A DNA stretch of 64,000 bases, from positions 10,066 through 74,065 of the forward strand of contig JAQUQV010000003.1 of assembly GCA_028715905.1 (NCBI GenBank). The letters run 5' to 3'. The position numbers and the translations under genes were made by a program. The notes under the pieces are model-generated. The model was not told the DNA's origin. It saw only the letters and a list, made by a program, of their open reading frames with translations, and did not search any database. Shown one piece after another: positions 27,918 to 37,947 of this stretch; positions within the stretch are counted from its first letter, which is position 1, and the number at the start of each line of letters is the position of its first letter. This DNA comes from Kiritimatiellia bacterium (GTDB lineage Bacteria; Verrucomicrobiota; Kiritimatiellia; JAAZAB01).

Positions 27918-29012
27918 TTACTCGTCAAGCATGCCATGTTCCAATCCCAGGGGGAGCGGGACTGGCCGCGTGCAGGTGGTGGTCATTTTTACTTTCCTGC
28001 CCAGTTTGCTGGATTCGTCAAAAGCGAGCATAATTTCCAGAACATGGCTGGCGAGTTCGGCGTTTGCGCGGTGCTTGCGGCCGCTTTGCAGGGCATAAAC
28101 CATGTCGGCCGCGCCGATGCTGCGGGAGTTTTCAGCGTAAATGTGCGCAAGCGGCGCGCATTCAAAATCATGATATCCATTGCGAAAGATTCGCACGGGG
28201 CCGCCGAAGGTGTTTGGATTCGGAACCTGCAGGGTGCCTTCGGAACCGTAAAGCTCAATTGGCCAGTGGCTGTGTTTGTGAACTTCAAAGCTGGTGATAA
28301 CCGTTATGATTGCGCCGCAATGGAACTCAACCATGCCGCTCAGGTGCGTCGTAACGTTCACCGGATAGGTGCGGGGAACCGTATCCGGACCGCCGCGGCG
28401 GGTTTCAGTTCCCTTGCAGGTTACGGCCGTAACGCTTGCCGCCGGTCCCAGCAGGTTGACCAGCGCGGTGATATAGTAGGGCCCCAGGTCCAGCATCGGT
28501 CCGGCGCCAATATCGTAGAAGAAAGGCGCCTGCGGCCATTTTTCAGGCCCCCGGCCCATGACAATGGCGGTTCCGGCAATGGGTTTGCCAATCCAGCCGT
28601 CATCAAGCATCTTGCGGGCGGTTTGCTGTCCGCCGCCGAGAAAGGTGTCCGGCGCGCAGCCGACCATGAGTCCTTTTGCGTTTGCCGTTTTAGTGATTTG
28701 GCATGCCTCTTCAAAACTGACGCCCAGCGGCTTTTCCGAATAGCAGTGCTTTCCGGCGTTGAGCGCGGCCATAGTGATTTCATAGTGGGCCTTGGGAGGA
28801 GTCAGGTTAATGACGATCTCAATCCCGGGCGCCGCGAGCAGTTCGGCCGTGGTCATGCTCCGCAGGTTATAGAGCTCGCTCTTGGCTTTGGCGCGCGCCG
28901 GCAGTTGGTCGGCGCAGGCAACCGTTTCAAGGATTTCAAAAGTCTGCGCAGCCTTGAAATAGGTGTCGCTGATCATGCCGCAGCCAATAATGCCGATTTT
29001 TGACTTTTTCAT
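27918..29012 (-). CDS. Gfo/Idh/MocA family oxidoreductase
   Basis: N-terminal Rossmann MKKSKIGIIGCGMIS, GFO_IDH_MocA C-terminal domain. Confidence 0.88.
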   Translation of the reverse strand: MKKSKIGIIGCGMISDTYFKAAQTFEILETVACADQLPARAKAKSELYNLRSMTTAELLAAPGIEIVINLTPPKAHYEITMAALNAGKHCYSEKPLGVSFEEACQITKTANAKGLMVGCAPDTFLGGGQQTARKMLDDGWIGKPIAGTAIVMGRGPEKWPQAPFFYDIGAGPMLDLGPYYITALVNLLGPAASVTAVTCKGTETRRGGPDTVPRTYPVNVTTHLSGMVEFHCGAIITVITSFEVHKHSHWPIELYGSEGTLQVPNPNTFGGPVRIFRNGYHDFECAPLAHIYAENSRSIGAADMVYALQSGRKHRANAELASHVLEIMLAFDESSKLGRKVKMTTTCTRPVPLPLGLEHGMLDE

Positions 29013-29070
29013 TTCAATAATCCTTGTTGTTCGCGGATTGCGTCGGCGGCGGAAACCGCCGCGGGGTGCT

Positions 29071-29868
29071 TCATTTATTGCCCGCGGCCAGTCCGTTTTG
29101 CGTCATGTATTTATAGCTCATTTCAATGGCCCGGAACATATCCATGTTGCAGTAGTCCAGCTCCACGACGATGCTGTTGACCTGTTCCGGCAGGTTGGCG
29201 ATCAGCGCTTTGATATCCAGCTGGCCGCTGCCGAGCGGACACAGGTCCAGTTTGCGGTCCAGGATGCCCCGGGTAACTTTGAACTTCCGCCGGGGCTGTT
29301 TCAGGATTCCGTCCTTGACGTGGATCAGGATGGTGCGCTTCGCAAATATTTTCAGTATTTCCACGGCATCCTCTTTGCCCAAATTGGTGGACCAGAAAGA
29401 GTCAATTTCAAATTTAACCTTCGGGCAAAGCTCGGCGTAGATCTGGTATTTGAGCCTGCCATTCAGGCGTTGAAATTCAAAAGCATGATTATGCTGGAAG
29501 AGGGTAAAATTGTTTTTGGCGAGGATGGTCTGCATCGTGTTGGTGGTCTCGGCGGTGCGTTTGATCGCGTCCATGTCCTTGAATTGATCCGGGCCGTAGC
29601 CGCAGACAATCTTGTCAAGGCCGAGGATGTCGGCGATTTCCATCACTTCGCCGAGATTGCGCTCATTGGCCCAGGGGGAGTGGGAGGAATACAGTTCCAG
29701 CCCCAGATCGGCGATGATCTTCTTGAATTCCCCGGGGCGCAGGTTCCAGAACCCGGCGGGCTCCACCCCTTTGTAACCGATTCGGGCGACTTTTTTGAGC
29801 ACGGAAACAAAATTCTTTTGAGCGGCTTCCCGCAAGGAATACAATTGAACCGACAATGGCTTTAACAT
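29071..29868 (-). CDS. sugar phosphate isomerase/epimerase (xylose isomerase-like TIM barrel)
   Basis: AP_endonuc_2 family pattern. Trimmed to MLKPLSVQLYSL with GGAAGGAG Shine-Dalgarno. Confidence 0.8.
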   Translation of the reverse strand: MLKPLSVQLYSLREAAQKNFVSVLKKVARIGYKGVEPAGFWNLRPGEFKKIIADLGLELYSSHSPWANERNLGEVMEIADILGLDKIVCGYGPDQFKDMDAIKRTAETTNTMQTILAKNNFTLFQHNHAFEFQRLNGRLKYQIYAELCPKVKFEIDSFWSTNLGKEDAVEILKIFAKRTILIHVKDGILKQPRRKFKVTRGILDRKLDLCPLGSGQLDIKALIANLPEQVNSIVVELDYCNMDMFRAIEMSYKYMTQNGLAAGNK

Positions 29869-30158
29869 GTTTTTGCTCCTTCCCGTGATGTTATTCTTGA
29901 GCGGCCTTGATTTCTGCATGGCAACGTGCGCAATCCGCGCTATGTGAAAAATTATTAAAGAAGCCCGGGAAAAAGGCAATTGACAAAAAGTATTATTTGT
30001 TGACGAGAAGCATGATCATGATTTGTTCCGGCCCCATCCCGGTTTCGGCGTAAAAATATGGTTGATATCGGCGAAAGATAATGTAAATTCAGGCACAACC
30101 GCATCGGCGGGCGGAATATAATGAAAGAACAGCGCTTTTTTTAAGGAGGAGGGCGGAT

Positions 30159-32258
30159 ATGGAATCAAGAGAAGACGGCAATGTGCTGAAACCGGCGGTT
30201 GCGCGGGTTATGCGGTTGAGCATTGGTTTTTTGGCATTGATTTCCTGTTTTATTTTGGCGGAGTCTTGCGCCGATGGCGCCCCTATATGTAATCTGGATA
30301 ACGCCGATAAATTCAAGATTCCGGAGCGCTGGGCGGCGCGTCCGGTTGGAGCGCGCGATTTTTACATTGAGAGTCCGTTGGAAATCCAGAATCAAGAGGT
30401 CCGGGTCGGGAATGAAACGCGGCTTTTCGGGGAAGTGCCCTGCTGGAAACAGGGGGTTTTACGCGTGTCCTATGGCGCGATGAGAGACCCGGACGGCACG
30501 TATTATAAAGAAGTATTGAGCCAAAGGGATAATCCGATCATCATATACGGACGTCCGAAGACCATGGATACCAATGCGCTGATGCGGATCAAGCGGGATT
30601 TCGGGAAACGATTTCTCGGGGTTTACGCGCTTGAGTGGTATAGTCATCCGTTCCTTGGCAACAGGGGGGTGGAAGGGGTGAAAACGGTATGCGAAGAATA
30701 CAAGATTCCACTGGTGCGGAACCGGGACGAGGCCTTTCATCTCTTTGAATTGCATTTTAAAAACACGTGGGGCGGACTGCAGGCGGCCGGCATTCCCGTC
30801 TATGCCGGCCAGGCCACGTTTATGAATCACTGGGAATGCCGGATGGGTGTGAGCATAACCGGGGAGGAAATCGGCGGCAACGAGCGTTGCACGCCTATGC
30901 AGCTGGCGTTTTCGCGCGGCGCCAGCCGGCAATATGACGTGCCCTGGGTGGTGTATATTGCGAGTTGGGGCGGGGGAGTGGTGGGCGATGCGGAGACCCG
31001 TTATTTATTTGTGCGGCCGGATGAACGGCGGCTGAACTCCACCAGATCCGGAGGCACCTATGACGTCGGTCCTTACAGCGGCACTTCCTGGTCGTTGATG
31101 AAGCGCATGTTATACGCATCGTACATGGCGGGAACAGGTGTCGCGAGAAAAGAAGGCGATAAGAATGCTTTTTTCGCGAACTTTGACGCGGATACCGTGG
31201 ATTCAATTCCGCCCTGCACACTCGCGCTGCAGGATCGGAAGACATATCTCTCGCCGCTGGGCCGGATATATGAAAGGTTTTATGACACGGTGACTGCCGG
31301 GCATGAGCGGGGGATTCCATACGCGCCGATCGCCCTGGTGTTTGACAAGAACCACGGCTGTATCCTGGAATATAGCCAGATCCATACCATATCTTGCGTC
31401 CCGTACGGGCCTGGCGAATGGCAGACGCGGGCGATAATCAACACTGTGTTTCCGTGGGAAGAAAGGCGCAAGGAGACCAAGTCGTTTGAATCCAATACGC
31501 TGGTGACCGGTCCTTTCGGGGATATATTTGACGTGTTGACCAGCGACGCCGGGGGCGAGGTGTTAAGCAGTTACCGGTGTCTTGCTTTGGTTGGGAATGT
31601 GCGGATGAATGAGGGGCTGGAAGACCGGATAAAAGAGCATGTCAAGGGCGGCGGAGTGGTCTTTATGGCAGTCGCGCAGATGACGCCGGCATTATGGGAG
31701 GCGGCCGGGCTGGAAGACGGCCGGGCGGACCTGCAGGCAAAGGTTTGGCGGGTGGAGGGGGAAGACAAGCGGGTGGAGGAAGACCAAAGCTGCACCTATC
31801 GGAAAGCAGGGTTAAAAGGCGCGGAGGCGCTGATCAGGACCGAAAACGGCGACCCGCTGGTGACCATTAAACGGGAAGGCAAAGGGGCGATCGTGGTTGG
31901 CCTTGCGGGCTGGATGACGATTGACGGGCCGAAGCCGAACCGGATGTTGAAAGTTTATTCGGAAGTGATGGGGAGGATAGCGGATGAATTGTCGCCCGTG
32001 AAAGTGAGCGGGAATGTGGAAAAACTTTATAACCGGAACGGCAAGGGATGGGTGGTAACCTTGATCAATAATGACGGCATTTATAAATATCCGGGCAAGA
32101 AGGAAGTGTTAAAGCCGGAAGAAGCGGTTGAGGTCAGTCTGGAACCGCGGTTTGCCCATGGCGCCGTCCGCGAATGGGTCACGGGGGCGGAGATGAAGGA
32201 ATTGAAATTGACGGTCCCGCCGGGGGACGTGCGGATTGTTGAAATTGAGGAAAAATGA
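30159..32258 (+). CDS. hypothetical secreted protein (699 aa), possibly a glycan-active enzyme of unassigned family
   Basis: AAGGAGG Shine-Dalgarno 9 nt upstream, N-terminal signal-anchor MRLSIGFLALISCFILAES. No family recognised. Confidence 0.55.
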   Translation: MESREDGNVLKPAVARVMRLSIGFLALISCFILAESCADGAPICNLDNADKFKIPERWAARPVGARDFYIESPLEIQNQEVRVGNETRLFGEVPCWKQGVLRVSYGAMRDPDGTYYKEVLSQRDNPIIIYGRPKTMDTNALMRIKRDFGKRFLGVYALEWYSHPFLGNRGVEGVKTVCEEYKIPLVRNRDEAFHLFELHFKNTWGGLQAAGIPVYAGQATFMNHWECRMGVSITGEEIGGNERCTPMQLAFSRGASRQYDVPWVVYIASWGGGVVGDAETRYLFVRPDERRLNSTRSGGTYDVGPYSGTSWSLMKRMLYASYMAGTGVARKEGDKNAFFANFDADTVDSIPPCTLALQDRKTYLSPLGRIYERFYDTVTAGHERGIPYAPIALVFDKNHGCILEYSQIHTISCVPYGPGEWQTRAIINTVFPWEERRKETKSFESNTLVTGPFGDIFDVLTSDAGGEVLSSYRCLALVGNVRMNEGLEDRIKEHVKGGGVVFMAVAQMTPALWEAAGLEDGRADLQAKVWRVEGEDKRVEEDQSCTYRKAGLKGAEALIRTENGDPLVTIKREGKGAIVVGLAGWMTIDGPKPNRMLKVYSEVMGRIADELSPVKVSGNVEKLYNRNGKGWVVTLINNDGIYKYPGKKEVLKPEEAVEVSLEPRFAHGAVREWVTGAEMKELKLTVPPGDVRIVEIEEK

Positions 32259-32282
32259 GCCGGGAGGGGGAATATTTAACCG

Positions 32283-33398
32283 ATGAAAAAAATAATATTG
32301 CTGGCGATAGGCATAGCGGCCGGGGCCGCGGCGGGAAGCGCGGAGCAAGCGGCCGGGAAGGTTATTCTGGACGAAATGTTTGACCGTCCGGAAATCGGCG
32401 CGAACTGGGTGGTAAAGGAAGGATATTGGACGATCAAAAACGGCAGTTTATGCAACACGGACGGCGGGGTGATCCTGGCGGCCAAACCGATGGAAGGCGA
32501 TTTTGCGCTGGAATGCGAGGTTCGGGTGGCAAAATGGAACGCGCAATATCCATGGGTTGATATTATCGTCGGTTATGATGATCCGGAGAATTACATGTCT
32601 TTAATGTTCACGCCCGGAGAACGTTATTATTATTTGAGGGCGACGGCTGATGCCGCGAATCAGATGTCAGGCGGCAATATTCCATTTGATCAAGACGTGT
32701 TTCACAAGGTCAGGCTGGAAAGCCGCGGGCTGATGGTAAAGTTTTTTTGGGACGGCGTCTATATTCGGCAGCACCGGTTCAGCCAGATTCTGCCGGCCAT
32801 GGTTGGCTTTATGGGGAACAAGTCCGGCGCGGAATATGAAATCAGGGCGGTAAGGATAAGCGAGATTCAGGAGAGCGGGCGGCAGGTCGGTGAGTTGACG
32901 GTCAATGAAATCATGCGCGCGCAAGCATGGGAAGATGCCGGGAATAACAACGTGAAACGGGGCCGGGGCTGCGAAGAGAAGGATAATGCGGCCTGGCTGG
33001 AATATGATTTCAAGGAAACCGGCGAATACGCGGGGGTCTTCGTGCGGATGCCGGCGCGTATCGGCAATTCCGAAAAGGTTTTAATGGAAATAGCCGGGGA
33101 CGGGTCCGCGAACAAAGCGTATCTGATCGCGCGGGACGCCGGAGATGAGGAACACTTAATCGGCACGGTCAGTCTGAACTGGGACGGGTGGCGTAAAATA
33201 TCGTTGAATTACGAAATATTTTTGAAGCCTCCGGGGCGGGAGATATATGCGACCCATTGGGGCGGAGACGGGAACCAGACGATTGATTTTCCGATCAAGC
33301 AGATTGAAGTGGGCGTGGTCCGGTCCGATAAAGCCGTGAAACGCGCGGGTAGAATCGGCGTGCGCAACATCCGGTTTATGAAGGATGAAGGGGGATAG
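32283..33398 (+). CDS. secreted DUF1080 (3-keto-disaccharide-hydrolase-like jelly-roll) protein with a C-terminal CBM-like domain
   Basis: Signal peptide; DUF1080 signature region (VILDEMFDRPEIGANWVVKEGYWTIKNGSL). C-terminal roughly 110 aa are homologous to the C-terminus of the next protein. Confidence 0.72.
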   Translation: MKKIILLAIGIAAGAAAGSAEQAAGKVILDEMFDRPEIGANWVVKEGYWTIKNGSLCNTDGGVILAAKPMEGDFALECEVRVAKWNAQYPWVDIIVGYDDPENYMSLMFTPGERYYYLRATADAANQMSGGNIPFDQDVFHKVRLESRGLMVKFFWDGVYIRQHRFSQILPAMVGFMGNKSGAEYEIRAVRISEIQESGRQVGELTVNEIMRAQAWEDAGNNNVKRGRGCEEKDNAAWLEYDFKETGEYAGVFVRMPARIGNSEKVLMEIAGDGSANKAYLIARDAGDEEHLIGTVSLNWDGWRKISLNYEIFLKPPGREIYATHWGGDGNQTIDFPIKQIEVGVVRSDKAVKRAGRIGVRNIRFMKDEGG

Positions 33399-33405
33399 TT
33401 ATCAT

Positions 33406-34575
33406 ATGACATTGACGCGCATGTTCTTGTTGATCGCGCCGGCGGCAGGCTTGATGCTGGTTGGATGTCATTTGATTGACGCTGCCGGCCGGAAAACCGG
33501 AGGCGAAAATCAAAAAACTGACGGCGCGCCGCCGAATTTCCTGCGGAACGGGAATTTTGAAAAAACAGACCGGCTCACCGGAAAGCCGGCGGACTGGTCT
33601 TGTCACGAGAAAATGGCTGGGAGCAATGTTATTGAGTGGGGGGTTACCCCGGAAAATGGCCGCGCGGGGCGGAATTGCCTGCGTTTAAGCTCGGAGAGGG
33701 AGGGATATCACGGCGGTATTTTTCAAAAAGTGGCGCTGGAACCCGATATGACTTATAAATTCAGCGCGTGGATCAAGGCGGACGTCGCGACCAATGACGG
33801 CAAGGTGGTATGCTTGTATTATGATGGCTATAATGAAGAGGATGGCAAAAAACAATGGTGGGGCGGGTCGTTAAAAACTCTGCGGCAGAGCGCGGACTGG
33901 CAATACGTGGAAAAGGTGATTGTTGCGACATCGCGCACGCCGGAAACGGTGAATTTTTATCCGTGCTTGTTTTACGGCGCGACGCGCGTATGGCTGGATG
34001 ATGTGCGGCTGGTTGAGGAGGGGTATGCCGGCCAGCCGGGGAGGAGCGTATTTCAGATCAAGGCGCCCGCGGCGGACTGGGAGATTTTTTGCGACCAGGG
34101 GGAAAGGTATGGGGTTAAAACGCGGGCGGCGCGGGTGAAACGGGAACAGGTGGAAGGCCGGGATTGCCTGCGGCTTGATTATCGCTTTGAGACGGCCGGA
34201 CATGATTGCGTGATGATACGCGCGGCGGCGAATGCCGGCGAAAAGGCCGGCCTGGCGGCCGTAACAATGTACGGGGACGGATCAGGGCATGAATTGTTTC
34301 TTATCCTGGAGGATAACGGCGGAGAGAATCATTATTTGCCGATTACCCCGGTTTATTGGAAAGGCTGGCGGACGGTTTATCGTGCCATGGATAAACTGTA
34401 TCGGCCGCCCAGGAAGCATGAAATACATGCGACGTGTTGGGGCGGGGACAGCAACCAGGTTGTTGATTTGCCGCTCAAGCGGATTACGGTCGGAATGAAC
34501 GACTGGCCCGATGAATACCGCGGGCGTGGGCGGGTCTGGCTGGAAAAGGCGGTTTTTTTAGACCGTTCCTTTTAA
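33406..34575 (+). CDS. lipoprotein with CBM4/9-like domain (NGNFE..) and the same C-terminal domain as the preceding protein
   Basis: Lipobox LMLVGC, NGNFEKTD CBM_4_9-like start. The C-terminus ..IHATCWGGDSNQVVDLPLKRITVG.. is paralogous to ..IYATHWGGDGNQTIDFPIKQIEVG.. Confidence 0.65.
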   Translation: MTLTRMFLLIAPAAGLMLVGCHLIDAAGRKTGGENQKTDGAPPNFLRNGNFEKTDRLTGKPADWSCHEKMAGSNVIEWGVTPENGRAGRNCLRLSSEREGYHGGIFQKVALEPDMTYKFSAWIKADVATNDGKVVCLYYDGYNEEDGKKQWWGGSLKTLRQSADWQYVEKVIVATSRTPETVNFYPCLFYGATRVWLDDVRLVEEGYAGQPGRSVFQIKAPAADWEIFCDQGERYGVKTRAARVKREQVEGRDCLRLDYRFETAGHDCVMIRAAANAGEKAGLAAVTMYGDGSGHELFLILEDNGGENHYLPITPVYWKGWRTVYRAMDKLYRPPRKHEIHATCWGGDSNQVVDLPLKRITVGMNDWPDEYRGRGRVWLEKAVFLDRSF

Positions 34576-34670
34576 ACATGATACACCTTTGCGTAGAATT
34601 TTAAATAAGGCCGGCGAATCGCCACCCGGGAAAGTTTTTAATGGCGGCGCTGCCGCCTTGGATTGGAATG
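34571..34670 (+). repeat. repeat family A, copy 3, facing the downstream plus-strand gene
   Basis: TTTAAACATGATACACCTTTGCGTAGAATTTTAAATAAGGCCGGCGAATCGCC...GGCGGCGCTGCCGCC. Ends about 20 nt before AGGAGG ... ATG at 34691. Confidence 0.6.
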
Positions 34671-34690
34671 AGAGCATGAGCAGGAGGTGC

Positions 34691-35137
34691 ATGATGAGAC
34701 GAATATTGAGCGGATTAGTCGCTGTCCTGGCGATCTCGGGATCATATGCGGATGACCTGGTTTTGGATGGCGGCGTAATTTATACCAATGACGCCGGGAC
34801 GTCCAATTACGTTTGCTTTGTGGTCGGGAGCAACACGGCCGATAACGGATATATCCTGACCAACGGCGCGGTCTTGAATACGACCACGGCGGTTGTGGGT
34901 TATGCCGGATCTGCCACCAACAATTTTGTGCTGGTGGACGGGGCAACATGGCATAATGCCACCAACGTGTACATGGGCTACAGCGGCAGCGCCGGATTTA
35001 ACCGCATCATCATCACCAACGGCGGTCTCTGGTCGCTTGGCAAAGACGCCATTGTTTTTGTCGGCAAAGCATCAAATCCCACCCGTATAAGCGAGGGTAA
35101 ATACGTGTATTTTCTTGCCTCCCCGGTAAAATTTTGA
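34691..35137 (+). CDS. secreted autotransporter-associated beta-strand-repeat (PATR-like) protein, short and possibly truncated
   Basis: Signal peptide MMRRILSGLVAVLAISGSYA followed by G/N/T-rich beta-helix repeats; only 148 aa, whereas this class is usually very large. Confidence 0.5.
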   Translation: MMRRILSGLVAVLAISGSYADDLVLDGGVIYTNDAGTSNYVCFVVGSNTADNGYILTNGAVLNTTTAVVGYAGSATNNFVLVDGATWHNATNVYMGYSGSAGFNRIIITNGGLWSLGKDAIVFVGKASNPTRISEGKYVYFLASPVKF

Positions 35138-35149
35138 TAGTAAAAAAAC

Positions 35150-36160
35150 ATGAATGCATCCGGCAACGAAATAAACCTCAAGGGGCGCAGTCTTCTGAAA
35201 CTTGTGGATTTGAGCGATGAGGAGTTGCTTTACCTCATTGACCTGGCCGGCCGCCTCAAGGAAATGAAAAAGCGCCGCGCCCACGGCAATTCCCTTTTCC
35301 GCCGGAACATTGCCTTGATTTTTGAAAAACCTTCAACCCGCACCCGTTCGGCCTGCACGGTTGCGGCGGTGGACGAGGGCGCGAGCGTGGAATATATGGA
35401 CATGAAAGACCTGCATCTGGGTAAAAAGGAATCCATCAAGGATTCGGCGCGCGTGCTCGGCCGGATGTTTGACGGCATAATGTTTCGCGGTTTCAGCCAG
35501 GCGACCATGGAGACGCTGGCCAAATACGCCGGCATTCCGGTCTGGAACGGCTTGACCGACGAAAGCCATCCCACCCAGACCCTGGCCGATCTCATGACGA
35601 TCCGTGAATGTTTTAAAGGTTTGCGCGGCTTGAAGGTGGTTTATGTCGGCGATGGCCGCAACAACGTGTGTCTTTCGCTGATGGTGGGCTGTGCCAAGAC
35701 CGGCATCAATTTCGTTGACTGCACTCCGCGGGAACTTATGCCCGACGCGGCGGTTCTCGCGCAGGTTTCCGCGCTGGCGCGCGCGCACGGCTGCACGCTT
35801 GAAATCAGCCACGATCTCAACGCGGCCGTCCGGAATGCCCAGGTGATTTACACCGATGTCTGGATTTCCATGGGCGAGGAAAAGAAATTTGAGGAGCGCC
35901 ACCGTCTCCTGAAGCCCTATCAGGTCAGCATGGACCTCATGCGTAAAACCGGCAAATTGGAAAACGGCGGGGTGATTTTCCTGCATTGCCTGCCGGCTTT
36001 CCACAACCATGAGACGGAAGCGACCCGCGCGACAGGCGCCCTGGAAGTTACCGACGAGGTCTTTGAAGCGCCATTTTCAAGGGTTTTTGACCAGGCCGAA
36101 AACCGCCTGCATACTATCAAGGCCATCATGGTTGCGACATTGGCCGGAGGGGGGATATAA
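35150..36160 (+). CDS. argF: ornithine carbamoyltransferase
   Basis: STRTR carbamoyl-phosphate motif, HCLPA ornithine motif, 336 aa. Confidence 0.88.
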   Translation: MNASGNEINLKGRSLLKLVDLSDEELLYLIDLAGRLKEMKKRRAHGNSLFRRNIALIFEKPSTRTRSACTVAAVDEGASVEYMDMKDLHLGKKESIKDSARVLGRMFDGIMFRGFSQATMETLAKYAGIPVWNGLTDESHPTQTLADLMTIRECFKGLRGLKVVYVGDGRNNVCLSLMVGCAKTGINFVDCTPRELMPDAAVLAQVSALARAHGCTLEISHDLNAAVRNAQVIYTDVWISMGEEKKFEERHRLLKPYQVSMDLMRKTGKLENGGVIFLHCLPAFHNHETEATRATGALEVTDEVFEAPFSRVFDQAENRLHTIKAIMVATLAGGGI

Positions 36161-36163
36161 GCC

Positions 36164-37246
36164 GTGAATGCCCCGCAAACTGTTCTGAGGGAGTTGGCGT
36201 GGGGCGAGTTTCAGAAGCTTGATTTGAAGCAAAAGGCGGACTGTTTCAACCTTGACGGACAGCCTTATCACGTTCTGGTCGCCCAGCAGTTTGACCGGCG
36301 GCTTCTTGAGGAACTGGGCGACCTGGCCACCAATATTCGTTATATCGCCAAAACCAAGTCCGGCATGGATTTTCTGCACGCGTTGTTATCCCATAAAACC
36401 GCCATGCTTTATTTCACCCAGCCGAGCACCCGCACTTTTCTTTCGTTTCATTCCGCCTGCCAGATTCTGGGCATGCGCACGGTTGAAGTGCGCGATACGG
36501 CCACTTCCAGCGAAATGAAGGGCGAAACCCAGGAAGATTCGGTGCGGACTTTCAGTTCTTTTTCCGATGCCATCATCATGCGCAGCGCCATTCCCGGTCT
36601 GGCCGAGAAAATGGCCTGGGTTCTTTCCAACACCGAGCGCCCGGTACCGATTCTCAACGCCGGGTCCGGAAAGGACCAGCACCCCACTCAGGCCCTGCTT
36701 GATATCTATACCTTGCGTCGCAGTTTTGAAAAAAGAGGCGGCATAGACCGCAAGAAAATAGTTTTTGTGGGCGATCTGGCGCGCGGCCGGACGGTGCGCT
36801 CGCTCGCCTATCTCCTCAGCAATTACGCCGGCGTCCGGCAGTATTTTATCGCTCCGCCGCAGCTCCAGATTGGCCGGGACATCCTGGAAATCCTGGGCCG
36901 GGCCGGGGTTGATTACGAGCTGGATTCCGATTTTGAAAAGTATATTCCCGAGGCCGACGCGGTCTACATGACGCGCATCCAGGACGAGTGGGATGAGAAA
37001 AAAGGCCAGAGCGAGAAAATCAAAGCCGCAAAATTTCATTTCACGGCCGGCCATCTGAAAAAACTGTCGGCGCAGGCGGTTATTATGCATCCCCTCCCGC
37101 GCCGCGGGGAAATCGCCGTTGAAGTGGACAGCGATCCGCGCGCCGTCTACTGGCGTCAGGTGCGCAACGGCATGTGGATCAGGGTCGCCCTCCTTGCCAG
37201 TATTTTCGGGTGCGGCCCGGCGATCAGCGGTTTTCACGGCGGATAG
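36164..37246 (+). CDS. aspartate carbamoyltransferase catalytic-chain-like transcarbamylase
   Basis: STRTF and HPLPR motifs characteristic of ATCase; about 40 aa N-terminal extension. Exact substrate is uncertain. Confidence 0.72.
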   Translation: MNAPQTVLRELAWGEFQKLDLKQKADCFNLDGQPYHVLVAQQFDRRLLEELGDLATNIRYIAKTKSGMDFLHALLSHKTAMLYFTQPSTRTFLSFHSACQILGMRTVEVRDTATSSEMKGETQEDSVRTFSSFSDAIIMRSAIPGLAEKMAWVLSNTERPVPILNAGSGKDQHPTQALLDIYTLRRSFEKRGGIDRKKIVFVGDLARGRTVRSLAYLLSNYAGVRQYFIAPPQLQIGRDILEILGRAGVDYELDSDFEKYIPEADAVYMTRIQDEWDEKKGQSEKIKAAKFHFTAGHLKKLSAQAVIMHPLPRRGEIAVEVDSDPRAVYWRQVRNGMWIRVALLASIFGCGPAISGFHGG

Positions 37247-37338
37247 GCGTTGAACCGGCGCGCGCCCTATTTCGGTGCGGGAAAAATGCGGGTCTTTTCT
37301 GGGGGCGCAAATTCCTCACGCTTCACTTCTCCGCCCCT

Positions 37339-37411
37339 GAATCGCCGCATGGGGCTGCGGCTCCTACGTCTCTCAAATACAGTTGCAGCCTTTGGCGGCT
37401 TAATTCAGGGG
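37339..37411. repeat. repeat family B, copy 2, overlapping the last codons of the thioredoxin-like gene
   Basis: GAATCGCCGCATGGGGCTGCGG..CTCAAA..GTTGC..CTTTGGCGG..ATTCAGGGG, flanked by the inverted pair CCCCTGAAT/ATTCAGGGG. Confidence 0.5.
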
Positions 37412-37839
37412 ATTAGTTTTTTCAGATGCTCCACGTATGCCCCGGGGCCGCCCGGTATATACCCGGTGCGCGCCAGGACCTTGCCCTTGGCATCCAGCAA
37501 AAGCACCGTGGGAAAACCGCGCACCCCGTATTGTTTGGAAAGTGCGGCGTTCTGTTTCTTGATCGCGTCGTCCTGCGGTTTATTGCGCGGGAAATCGGCG
37601 AGGAAGAGCACCAGCCTGTCCTTGGCGAATTCCTGGAATTCTTTCCGGGAAAACACTTCCTTGTCCAGCCGGATGCACCAGCCGCACCAGTCCGATCCGG
37701 AAAAATCGGCCAGGATGGGCAATTGTCTTTCGGCGGCCGTTTTTTTTGCAGCTTCAAAATCTGTCAGCCAGTTGTCGGCGCCGCGCAGATTGGCGGAAAA
37801 CGCCGCGGCCAGGACGATTGACAGCAATATTTTTTGCAT
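37405..37839 (-). CDS. secreted thioredoxin-fold protein (CGWC active site)
   Basis: Signal peptide, WCGWC motif, thioredoxin-like fold length. Confidence 0.75.
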   Translation of the reverse strand: MQKILLSIVLAAAFSANLRGADNWLTDFEAAKKTAAERQLPILADFSGSDWCGWCIRLDKEVFSRKEFQEFAKDRLVLFLADFPRNKPQDDAIKKQNAALSKQYGVRGFPTVLLLDAKGKVLARTGYIPGGPGAYVEHLKKLIP

Positions 37840-37947
37840 TCTTATCCTCCTTGTAGTATTGTTTCAGGCGTTGGATTCATGCAAGCCTTTTTGCCGGAGC
37901 ATGTCAAGCAGGAACATGACAAGCATATTGATGAAAGGATTGAATCT

